Shown here: piece after piece, positions 7,071 through 14,274 of the stretch
Position numbering within the stretch: the stretch's first letter is position 1
Layout: each line of letters starts with the position of its first letter
IMG/VR virus record: IMGVR_UViG_3300042562_001768
Origin: a virus
Length of the DNA: 15,563 bases
Direction: 5' to 3' (one strand)
Notes under the pieces: generated by a model
What the model was told of the DNA's origin: nothing
Databases searched by the model: none
Seen by the model: the letters and a program-made list of their open reading frames with translations, nothing else
Program-made: the position numbers and the translations under genes

Positions 7071-7846
7071 TCGCAGCCAAGGTCGACCTGAAGGTGATCA
7101 ACGGATACATCGAACGGCTCACCCTCGCGGGTCGCGCCAAGGTCTACGCACAGGCCGCGCGCGATGCAGCGAACCCAGTACGAAACGAACTGCGCCGCGC
7201 CTGGCGCAAGGCCAAGCGCCGCCGTGGCAAGATCACCAGGAAGATCGCGGCAGCCCAAGAGGTGCGCGTCTTCGTCGGTCAGCGCGGCGGGCGCAAGGGC
7301 GTGGCCACCGTGATGGTGGGAACGAACTACAAGCGCGGCGGCTCGGTCAAGTTGTGGCATCTGCTTGAGCGCGGATATCAGCACTACGGCGGGGGATCGA
7401 ACTCGGTCTACACCCCACGCGACGCGCGCGCGCGCGACACGGAGAAGCGCGAGGACGAGGTAGCCCGCGTGACTGGGGAAGAACAAATCGCGCACGAGGT
7501 GCGGATGGGAACCGATGGAACCAAGTACTCCCGGCAGCGCGTGGCACAGGTGCGCCATCAAGCGCGCGTGTGGTTCCGACAGAACAACCCAGCCGACACG
7601 GCGCACCGCCGCGCAGCCTGGGCAAGCAAGCAGTCAGCGATGAAGTCCGCGCGCGGCGGGGTCATCGCAAACCGGAAGCGCATCCTCGGTCGGCACATCT
7701 CTGAGCCCATCGCGCGGCTCGCGAAGGAACGCCTGCCAGCCATCGCAGCGCAACACGCGCAGCGCCTCGCGTGGTATCAGATCGACGGACGCAAGGCCGG
7801 GGCGGCGAAGCCGAAGTTCTCGAACGCCGACTGGTGGCAGCAATGA
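7067..7846 (+). CDS. Basic structural protein, possible neck / tail-completion protein
   Basis: ATG at 7067 overlaps the upstream stop (ATGA). 259 aa, very Arg/Lys-rich. Function inferred from position only. Confidence 0.4.
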   Translation: MIAAKVDLKVINGYIERLTLAGRAKVYAQAARDAANPVRNELRRAWRKAKRRRGKITRKIAAAQEVRVFVGQRGGRKGVATVMVGTNYKRGGSVKLWHLLERGYQHYGGGSNSVYTPRDARARDTEKREDEVARVTGEEQIAHEVRMGTDGTKYSRQRVAQVRHQARVWFRQNNPADTAHRRAAWASKQSAMKSARGGVIANRKRILGRHISEPIARLAKERLPAIAAQHAQRLAWYQIDGRKAGAAKPKFSNADWWQQ

Positions 7847-8247
7847 GCGTGGCAGGAGCAGAGTTCTATCAAGCGCTCTACACCCGCGCGACCACCGTGG
7901 CGGGTCTCGTCCTGAGTCCCGACCTGCGGCGCGAGGGTGACCCCACGCCAGCGATGTCGTACGAAATCACCAGCGCTTCTTTCAGCGTCGAGACCGACGG
8001 CAGAATCAACGAGGTCACCGCGATCGAGGTCCGCTGGGAAGCGGTCGCCGATTCACTCATCACCGCGTGGGATCTCGCGTGGAGTGTGCGCGGCGCGATC
8101 GACGGCAAGTGGGGGGTCGGCAGTCTCGACTTCGTCCTGACGTCGGCATCGATGTCCTCCGGTATGGCAACGCCCGACGACGGGCAAGGGGACGCCGAGC
8201 GCGTCGTAACTCTCACTACATCTTTCCTCGTCATGGAGACAACCTGA
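7843..8247 (+). CDS. Tail terminator-like protein
   Basis: ATG at 7843 overlaps the upstream stop (ATGA). 134 aa, located directly upstream of the major tail protein candidate. Synteny-based. Confidence 0.4.
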   Translation: MSVAGAEFYQALYTRATTVAGLVLSPDLRREGDPTPAMSYEITSASFSVETDGRINEVTAIEVRWEAVADSLITAWDLAWSVRGAIDGKWGVGSLDFVLTSASMSSGMATPDDGQGDAERVVTLTTSFLVMETT

Positions 8248-8642
8248 TGGCAACTCGCGCAATGGCTGGCTACGGCGGCACACTCACCTTTAAGATCGGG
8301 GCCGGGACCGCCAACGGTATCCCAGTCCGGAACATCACCATGTCGCGCCAGGCGGCAGAGTTCGATATGACGTCGATCTCGGATACCAAGATCTACAGCG
8401 GTCCCGGTCGCGTGAAGCGGAGCGGCTCCTGTGATGCGTACTTCGGAACGCTGTCGGCAAACTTCACGACCTCGATCGAAGCCATCGACCTAGCAGCGCC
8501 AGCCGAACTCGTCATCACGGACGCGGCTGGCGGGTCCACGACCATGAAGGTCATCATCACCGCCGCGGACTTGAAGTACGACGGCAGCGATGCGGTCATC
8601 TACTCCATCAGCTTTTCCGAAACGATCAGCATCACCGTATGA
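8247..8642 (+). CDS. Major tail (tube) protein candidate
   Basis: 131 aa, Gly/Thr/Ser-rich and beta-like: MATRAMAGYGGTLTFKIGAGTANGIPVRNITMSRQAAEFDMTSISDTKIYSGPGRVK... Pattern and position are typical of small siphovirus tail tube proteins. TGATG overlap with the upstream gene. Confidence 0.55.
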   Translation: MATRAMAGYGGTLTFKIGAGTANGIPVRNITMSRQAAEFDMTSISDTKIYSGPGRVKRSGSCDAYFGTLSANFTTSIEAIDLAAPAELVITDAAGGSTTMKVIITAADLKYDGSDAVIYSISFSETISITV

Positions 8643-8890
8643 CCTACCGACCAGTCATCCTCGAATACTCGTCGCTCACCCTTGAGGTCCGGAGACCAAC
8701 CCTCCGCGACACCGTGGAGGCAGACACATCGGACAAGCTTTGGTGGGTTCGCTGCGTGCGCCATGTCGGCGGCGCAGACCTCACCAGGGACGAGGCGCTC
8801 GACCTCGATGCCGCGGACGGTAACACGCTCGCGCAGGAGGTGCTTCGCCCACACCCTACACCGCCGCTGAGAAGCGGCTCTGGAGACTGA
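8639..8890 (+). CDS. Tail assembly chaperone candidate
   Basis: 83-aa ORF between the major tail and tape-measure candidates. ATG overlaps the upstream stop (ATGA). Call by synteny. Confidence 0.4.
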   Translation: MTYRPVILEYSSLTLEVRRPTLRDTVEADTSDKLWWVRCVRHVGGADLTRDEALDLDAADGNTLAQEVLRPHPTPPLRSGSGD

Positions 8891-9063
8891 TGCCACACCT
8901 AGACGCCGACGCCGCACTCGCAAGCGAGCACACCACGCTGGAGCGGATCGAGTACCTACTCGCCACGCTTGCCTGCGCGATGACTGGCCAGGCGCCACAG
9001 CAGTTGCTGCCGTGGCGTCGGCGTGGCATCGAGGACTTCATGGGGCGCATCAATGGCCAATGA
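8890..9063 (+). CDS. Small ORF (57 aa) in the -1 frame relative to the upstream chaperone candidate; possible second chaperone ORF
   Basis: My translation is MPHLDADAALASEHTTLERIEYLLATLACAMTGQAPQQLLPWRRRGIEDFMGRINGQ, with ATG at 8890 (TGATG overlap) and stop TGA at 9061-9063. Not in the ORF track (below length cutoff). No canonical slippery heptamer seen upstream. Confidence 0.3.
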   Translation: MPHLDADAALASEHTTLERIEYLLATLACAMTGQAPQQLLPWRRRGIEDFMGRINGQ

Positions 9064-9661
9064 GTTCAAGTCAGTCCTCACCCTGACCGCGGACAGTTCC
9101 GGCGTCACCGCCGGAGTTAACCAGGCGATGCAGTCCCTCAACAAGTTGCAAGGCGGGATGTCCGCGCTGACATCGCTCGCGGGCGTCGGCTTTGCCATCG
9201 GCATTGGCAAGCAACTCTTCGGCGCAGCCACCGACGAGATGGCACGGATCAAAGACCTCGCGCACTCCTTCAGTCCGGAAGGGATGCGCGGCGCCAACGC
9301 CATGAACATGGCGACCCAGCAGGCGGACATGGCTATCGGCAAGGCGTTCGGTCCGATCGTGGAAGCGATCGACCAGGCATCCGTCGCAGCGATCAAGGAA
9401 CTGACCACGTTCATCATCGAGCACAAGGACGAGATCGGGATGGCGATGATCTATCTGACCGAGGTCACGCACGTGGCAGCAATGGCTATGGCAGAGTTCC
9501 TCGTCGGTCTGGGCAAGACCGTCGAGTGGCTGCATAACTTCATGGACAATCCACTACAGGCGACCGCCCAACTCGCTGGCGATGTTGCGATGCAGGCCAG
9601 TGGCGCCAACCTCGTCATCGGTATCTATGACCTCCTCAAACAGAAATTGGGTGGCACATGA
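9053..9661 (+). CDS. Tape measure protein candidate, unusually short (~202 aa)
   Basis: Ala/Gly/Met-rich, apparently helical protein with a hydrophobic segment ALTSLAGVGFAIGIGKQLFGAA, at the tape-measure position after the chaperone-like ORFs. ATG at 9053; an alternative GTG lies at 9023. Confidence 0.45.
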   Translation: MANEFKSVLTLTADSSGVTAGVNQAMQSLNKLQGGMSALTSLAGVGFAIGIGKQLFGAATDEMARIKDLAHSFSPEGMRGANAMNMATQQADMAIGKAFGPIVEAIDQASVAAIKELTTFIIEHKDEIGMAMIYLTEVTHVAAMAMAEFLVGLGKTVEWLHNFMDNPLQATAQLAGDVAMQASGANLVIGIYDLLKQKLGGT

Positions 9662-10611
9662 CCGCGAAGCTCATCGAGATCCCATCAAGCGATACCGTCG
9701 AGATGGCGATGCCTGGCGAGGAGATGAGTTGGACGCAGCACTTCCGCTACGTCTCAAACGCCGCCAAGCTCACCGCGTGGGATGTGCTCGGCGACACCGC
9801 CACTGGCGTACCGCAGCAGGGTTCAAGATACCCAGCCACGCCGTCGACCAACTGGAAGTGCAACTTCGTCGCGCGCAGTGTGACAGCGACACCCGTACCA
9901 CAAGCGGCTGCGGGGTGCGCCTTCGACGTCCGAGTGAAGTGGACCGGGCGCGCGGCGCAGGATCCGACGCGTCCGTACTTCAAGATCACGCGCTCGACCT
10001 CGACGCGCAGTCATGGCTTCTACCGCACAGGCGACATGTTCACGATCACGCAGGCAAACGGCAGCGAGCCCTTCCCGCCAGTCCAGGACATGGGCGGGGT
10101 AAAGAGTGACACCAACGGTCAGCCGATTGTGATGCCGATCTACCAGCAGCAGATCCAGGTCGACATGCTCTGGGACCGAAGCCGGGACAACGCCAGCTCG
10201 CTTGGCTTTACGGCATCGCCTGACCCGCCGATGAACTGGTACGACAACTACTGCCTCACACGGAACTCCGTGCCGTTCCTCGGTTGGCCGATCGGATACG
10301 TCACCTACCTCGGATGGAGTCTGAACCCGTCACCGGACGAGGTGTGCGTTTTATCGCATCGCTTCCTGGCGGACGATTTCCAGTTCTGTGAGCAGCGCCC
10401 GCTACCGAATCAAAGCGGCAAACCGTTCTTAGCGGCGGGTCTGACCTGGGGCGGAACGGCTAGCACACCAGCCGTAACCGTGCAATCCCAGGCGTACGTC
10501 TTCTGGTACCAACCGTTCCAGACTCTTGTCGACTACTCCACGCTCTTCACCATCCGTCCGAATCTGTGGACGGCGATCAACACTCCGAAGCCAGCGTGGC
10601 CGTCGCCATGA
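9658..10611 (+). CDS. Minor tail protein (distal tail / baseplate candidate)
   Basis: 317-aa ORF, ATG overlapping the upstream stop (ATGA). Trp/Tyr/Pro-rich. Position after the tape-measure candidate. No specific motif recognised. Confidence 0.5.
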   Translation: MTAKLIEIPSSDTVEMAMPGEEMSWTQHFRYVSNAAKLTAWDVLGDTATGVPQQGSRYPATPSTNWKCNFVARSVTATPVPQAAAGCAFDVRVKWTGRAAQDPTRPYFKITRSTSTRSHGFYRTGDMFTITQANGSEPFPPVQDMGGVKSDTNGQPIVMPIYQQQIQVDMLWDRSRDNASSLGFTASPDPPMNWYDNYCLTRNSVPFLGWPIGYVTYLGWSLNPSPDEVCVLSHRFLADDFQFCEQRPLPNQSGKPFLAAGLTWGGTASTPAVTVQSQAYVFWYQPFQTLVDYSTLFTIRPNLWTAINTPKPAWPSP

Positions 10612-11111
10612 CGTACGAATGGCCGATCTTTACCGAAGGGCTTTACGGCAAGGCGAACGCCTCGGTGTGCAACGCCTGGACGCAATCGGCGCGCATCGTG
10701 CTATCAAGCGCGGAGGCGCTCGACTGGGCGAACCGAACGAAAGACGGTATGGACCAGCCCGATCGGTGGCTTGCGAAGGTCACGGGCGCAGCAGTCATCA
10801 GCAGTAATCGCTGGTCGTACACCTTTGTGCCTGTCATTATCTCCGGCACGACTACCGCGAACCTATCCGGCACTGGCCAGGCTGGCTCCGGCGCCTTGAA
10901 CTTGCGCGAGATGAACAACACCACAATCCTCGCGGATGGTTCGCCGCTCGCGAGTGGCGTGACCATCGGTCCCGTCGGCTCCACCTGGGGCGGATCGAGT
11001 TGGTCTACGAGTTCGCTGACTGGAATCGTCGAGATGAACGTCGAACATAAAGCCGACGGCAGCGTCGCGTATTGGTTTTCCTCACCGAACCCTGGGAGAT
11101 GTGCAACATGA
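10608..11111 (+). CDS. Minor tail protein, Gly/Ser/Thr-rich
   Basis: 167 aa from ATG 10608 (ATGA overlap); the ORF-track start at 10566 lies inside the previous gene. Low-complexity GTTTANLSGTGQAGSG and SSWSTSS segments are typical of fibre-like proteins. Confidence 0.5.
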   Translation: MTYEWPIFTEGLYGKANASVCNAWTQSARIVLSSAEALDWANRTKDGMDQPDRWLAKVTGAAVISSNRWSYTFVPVIISGTTTANLSGTGQAGSGALNLREMNNTTILADGSPLASGVTIGPVGSTWGGSSWSTSSLTGIVEMNVEHKADGSVAYWFSSPNPGRCAT

Positions 11112-12415
11112 AATACGACGTAATCCGGTCATACTGGCCAGCTCCGATCTACGACACGCCTCTTCCTGCTGGCGTTTATGGCAGTATGCGGGCGTTCAAC
11201 TTCATACGGGAAACCACTACCAAAGGGCTAGACGTAGCAATCGTTGGAGACAGCAACACGGGCTACAACGCTCCGAACGATGGCGGTTACGTTCAAGGCA
11301 TTTCCTATGGTTTGGATGTTGCGTTCCCTTCAAATGCTTACGCCACCGCTACGTTTACGCTGATGAACGAAGGGAACTCTGCTGGCTACAAGTGCTCAAT
11401 GCAAGGCGCATCACTGGCCAGCGCACCGGGTGGCTACGTTTCGGGAAAAGCGAGCGGCGACGCGGGTATTAAAACTTTCTTTGACCGTGGTAGTGGAAGT
11501 TGGAGTGATGCGGGCGGCGCGAACGCAGGGACGTACACGGATTTCCCATGGCTTGAATCGGGAAATCAAACCGAGAACATTAACCGTGGTATGACAATCG
11601 ACTCAGATCACCCCATCGGCGTAAACAACGCGCTCCGATATAGAGTCCTGCGGAGTCAGACCACAACGGGCGGCAGTTTCTATATGCGCGTTCGTCTGAA
11701 TGGTGGCTCATATGCACCGATTGCCACATCGGCTTCGATCCCTTGCAGTGGCGCAACTAATCTAGTTGCATCAGAACTACCGATCACTGTTGGCACTCGC
11801 AATCTGTCCTTGGCTTCATTCTGGAGCATCCAAAACGCAGTTGGTCTTTACACGGTCGGCCCGTGGGGCGGTTTGTTGCAATCGATGTACCGCCCAACAG
11901 TTGGTTGGGCAGTGGATGCGATGTATTTCATGGGTGGTGCAACCATCACCGCCATCGATACAGACTTCGCCGCAGCAAACACCGCTGGGTATCTCACCGC
12001 CACCATGCTTGCCGAGTATTACAACCGACAACTAGCGGCGGGTGGGGATGGTCGCATCGTTGTTTGGATTCAAGGCGGAGCCAACCAAAGCGACTGGACA
12101 TCGAGTCCAAGCACATGGCCAGCAAAGTGGGAATCCATTATGAATTACGTCCGCACAGCAGCCACATACGCCGCCATACCTTCGGAGAAGTTGGCATTCG
12201 TTGCGATGTGTACGCATGACATCACGGGTTATGACTTTGCTTCTAGGCGAGCCGCGCTCATCGCATTGACTACTGCAAACCCTGATCTAACGGTAGTCAA
12301 CATTCCGGAGATTATTCCGTTTGCTTCTTACTCTGCCTATGCAAGCGGAGCGCACTTGTCTAAGACCGGATACCAAACGATTGGCAATGCCATTATTCAA
12401 CGGATGCTTTCTTGA
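11108..12415 (+). CDS. SGNH/GDSL-like hydrolase (esterase/deacetylase-like) protein, tail-associated or lysis enzyme
   Basis: 435 aa from ATG 11108 (ATGA overlap). Block-I-like VAIVGDSNTGYNA near the N-terminus and a block-V-like ASGAHLSKTGYQTIGNAI near the C-terminus, with a long Gly/Ser/Thr-rich insert between. The Asp three residues before the His is not conserved (SGAH), so catalytic integrity is uncertain. G+C visibly lower than the head genes. Confidence 0.45.
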   Translation: MKYDVIRSYWPAPIYDTPLPAGVYGSMRAFNFIRETTTKGLDVAIVGDSNTGYNAPNDGGYVQGISYGLDVAFPSNAYATATFTLMNEGNSAGYKCSMQGASLASAPGGYVSGKASGDAGIKTFFDRGSGSWSDAGGANAGTYTDFPWLESGNQTENINRGMTIDSDHPIGVNNALRYRVLRSQTTTGGSFYMRVRLNGGSYAPIATSASIPCSGATNLVASELPITVGTRNLSLASFWSIQNAVGLYTVGPWGGLLQSMYRPTVGWAVDAMYFMGGATITAIDTDFAAANTAGYLTATMLAEYYNRQLAAGGDGRIVVWIQGGANQSDWTSSPSTWPAKWESIMNYVRTAATYAAIPSEKLAFVAMCTHDITGYDFASRRAALIALTTANPDLTVVNIPEIIPFASYSAYASGAHLSKTGYQTIGNAIIQRMLS

Positions 12416-12714
12416 TCCACCTAGCGGTCGTCATCCTCACGTTCCTCCTGTCAGCCTGTGCATCGAGCACGGCGCAGATCGCGCACGCAGCCAACGCGTC
12501 CCGCGTCTCGGTCGGCGCCGCGCGCGGACACCTGGTCGCCGCCAGCGCGGAGCTCGACCAGATAGAGGCTCAATGCCAGGTGGTGAGCGAGCAGATCCCG
12601 TACGTCTCTGATGATGTGCCGAGCTACATGTCGGTTCTTCAGTACGCCAGTGTTGCCGTCGTCGTCTTCGTCGTTGGCAGTCTCATCTACACCTACATAC
12701 CGCGGAAGAAATGA
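12412..12714 (+). CDS. Membrane protein with N-terminal lipoprotein-type signal (lipobox LSAC) and C-terminal transmembrane helix; lysis-associated candidate
   Basis: TTG start overlapping the upstream stop (TTGA). MIHLAVVILTFLLSAC ASST... has a hydrophobic h-region followed by L-S-A-C. The C-terminus ASVAVVVFVVGSLIYTYI PRKK is a hydrophobic helix with a basic tail. No in-frame ATG near the N-terminus, so the start is uncertain. Confidence 0.4.
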   Translation: MIHLAVVILTFLLSACASSTAQIAHAANASRVSVGAARGHLVAASAELDQIEAQCQVVSEQIPYVSDDVPSYMSVLQYASVAVVVFVVGSLIYTYIPRKK

Positions 12715-12839
12715 TGCTGACCCAAACTCAATATCTGATATGGCTCGTTGCGATTCTCGTCACGACAGCGGCTGCGGGGTGCCGAGTTGGCGCCACTTGG
12801 TCGACCTTCAAACATCAAACAAAAAAGGCTCGCAAATGA
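12711..12839 (+). CDS. Small single-pass membrane protein (42 aa), holin-like candidate
   Basis: My translation is MMLTQTQYLIWLVAILVTTAAAGCRVGATWSTFKHQTKKARK: one hydrophobic helix and a basic C-terminus. ATG overlaps the upstream stop and the next start overlaps its stop. Below the ORF-track length cutoff. Confidence 0.3.
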   Translation: MMLTQTQYLIWLVAILVTTAAAGCRVGATWSTFKHQTKKARK

Positions 12840-12949
12840 TTACGCAAGCAGACCTCTCCAGTACCCTCGGCTCAATTTTCTTCGCGACCAGTCTCGGATT
12901 CGTGGGCTTGATACTTGGTTACATCCTGTGCCGCCGGGCAAGCAAATGA
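12836..12949 (+). CDS. Small single-pass membrane protein (37 aa), holin-like candidate
   Basis: MITQADLSSTLGSIFFATSLGFVGLILGYILCRRASK, the C-terminal part of ORF-track ORF 12611..12949, whose N-terminus overlaps the previous genes. ATGA overlaps at both ends. Confidence 0.3.
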   Translation: MITQADLSSTLGSIFFATSLGFVGLILGYILCRRASK

Positions 12950-13707
12950 GTCTGCTTCGGTGTTGCTGCGGTAGCGCAACCTGTGCATCCTGTCCATCGT
13001 TACCAGGCGACTGGTCGACGCGGGACTATCGTTTGTTCATACCAGCAGTCAAGCCTGTTGGATATGGTCGCGCGAGTTCAGTGCCGAGCGGTCTATACAC
13101 CGGGCCCTGCACGCCAGCGGATCCGTACTGGAACTTGGCAGAGTGTGCATTCGACTTTACCACTGGCTCGCTGTACTACGTCTATTCTCGACTCGCAAAC
13201 TGCGAGCCCTTTCCAGAAGCTTGCGGCGAAGTCTTAAAGTTCCCGCGGGAGATCGGTGGCTTCTATACGGACAACCTTGTCCCGTCGATTACGTTCTCTA
13301 CGCAGATTGCCACGCGCACATACAACCAAACAGGCGACGTTTCATATTTCATCCAGGCGGACGTATCGCGATGCTGGGGCGGATGGGCTGGGTGTGAGAG
13401 TTGCACCAACCGAACCAAGGTCAGCCTCTACTACTTTTTTGGCAACAACTTCACATACAACGACAACTGCACAAACCATCCTGCTGGTGTTACAAAGACT
13501 GTGGAGCTGGAGTATCTCTCGAATCCTTACGCCGCAAGTGAAGGCATCGGAAAAACTTGCTACCTCAGAACCTGGAAAGTGAGCCCTGGGCCGACAGCCT
13601 TCTGCTACCCGGAAACAGGTCAATATGGCTGCGCTGATCCTTGCGTCCTTGGATCGTGTTCGTTCTTTGGATCAAGCAACTTTCCCTCAACGGTAACAAT
13701 CGTATGA
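12946..13707 (+). CDS. Cysteine-rich protein (18 Cys in 253 aa), unknown function
   Basis: ATG at 12946 overlaps the upstream stop (ATGA); the ORF-track start at 12748 is an upstream extension. N-terminal MSLLRCCCGSATCASC cluster and Cys spread through an aromatic/Asn/Thr-rich body. G+C at third codon positions visibly lower than the head genes. Confidence 0.6.
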   Translation: MSLLRCCCGSATCASCPSLPGDWSTRDYRLFIPAVKPVGYGRASSVPSGLYTGPCTPADPYWNLAECAFDFTTGSLYYVYSRLANCEPFPEACGEVLKFPREIGGFYTDNLVPSITFSTQIATRTYNQTGDVSYFIQADVSRCWGGWAGCESCTNRTKVSLYYFFGNNFTYNDNCTNHPAGVTKTVELEYLSNPYAASEGIGKTCYLRTWKVSPGPTAFCYPETGQYGCADPCVLGSCSFFGSSNFPSTVTIV

Positions 13708-13910
13708 AGATCCCAGGACAGATTGAGGCGTCGGAACATCAACCGCCCGCGCGCATAGGTCTCGGCGACGCCGTGGCAGCAGCCACAAAGGCTGTCGGGG
13801 TCAAGCCTTGCGGCGGATGTGCCAAGCGCCAGGCGGCGATGAACCGGGCGACGCCAGCCTGGGCGCGGCGGGCGCTTGGTTGGTGGTCGCGGCATTTCGG
13901 TGTACCGTGA
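13704..13910 (+). CDS. Small protein (68 aa) with a GDAVAAATKAVGVKPCGGCAKRQAAMNR motif
   Basis: ATG at 13704 overlaps the upstream stop (ATGA). The CxxC-containing segment looks like a conserved small-protein motif, but I cannot name the family. Confidence 0.45.
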   Translation: MKIPGQIEASEHQPPARIGLGDAVAAATKAVGVKPCGGCAKRQAAMNRATPAWARRALGWWSRHFGVP

Positions 13911-13914
13911 CCAC

Positions 13915-14220
13915 ATGTCCACAATCCGTCAAGCTCTTCGGGGAGTCGATCGCCGCCGCGATGAGTGGTGGATGGTTCGGCGCGACTCGGACCCGCCAGG
14001 GGTCTGGGCTTTGACGCTCGATCCGAGTGCCGGGGACTGGGACTGGCGCGTCCGCGCAGTGACCAATATGCCTTTCATGAAGCGGCGCATAGCCTCGGCA
14101 AAGATTCTCTCCGATAAGCAGGGAAGATTACTTGAATTGCGACGAATGGTCGATAGGATGCGCGGCGCGATGGTGGCGCGGGGGGATGACGCGGCTGCGA
14201 GGACTCCGAGTGGAGTTTAA
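13915..14220 (+). CDS. Hypothetical protein (101 aa)
   Basis: First ATG after the upstream stop; MSTIRQALRGVDRRRDEWWMVRRDSDPPGVW... No Shine-Dalgarno seen. The 3' half is AT-richer and contains promoter-like hexamers, so the coding assignment is tentative. Confidence 0.4.
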   Translation: MSTIRQALRGVDRRRDEWWMVRRDSDPPGVWALTLDPSAGDWDWRVRAVTNMPFMKRRIASAKILSDKQGRLLELRRMVDRMRGAMVARGDDAAARTPSGV

Positions 14221-14274
14221 CGTAACAGCCATAGCCGCGTCTCCCGATGGTCACCTCGCGCGGGAGATTCGCGC

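Noticed and set aside
12412-12714. Firm u-spanin annotation
   Set aside because: The topology fits, but the host envelope type is unknown; comparable small high-GC phages infect actinobacteria, where spanins are not expected. Kept only as a hypothesis.
12611-12949. Single 112-aa ORF from the track
   Set aside because: Its N-terminal two thirds overlap the 12412..12714 and 12711..12839 genes in another frame and look like an AT-richer frame artefact. I prefer two small coupled membrane ORFs, though confidence is low either way.
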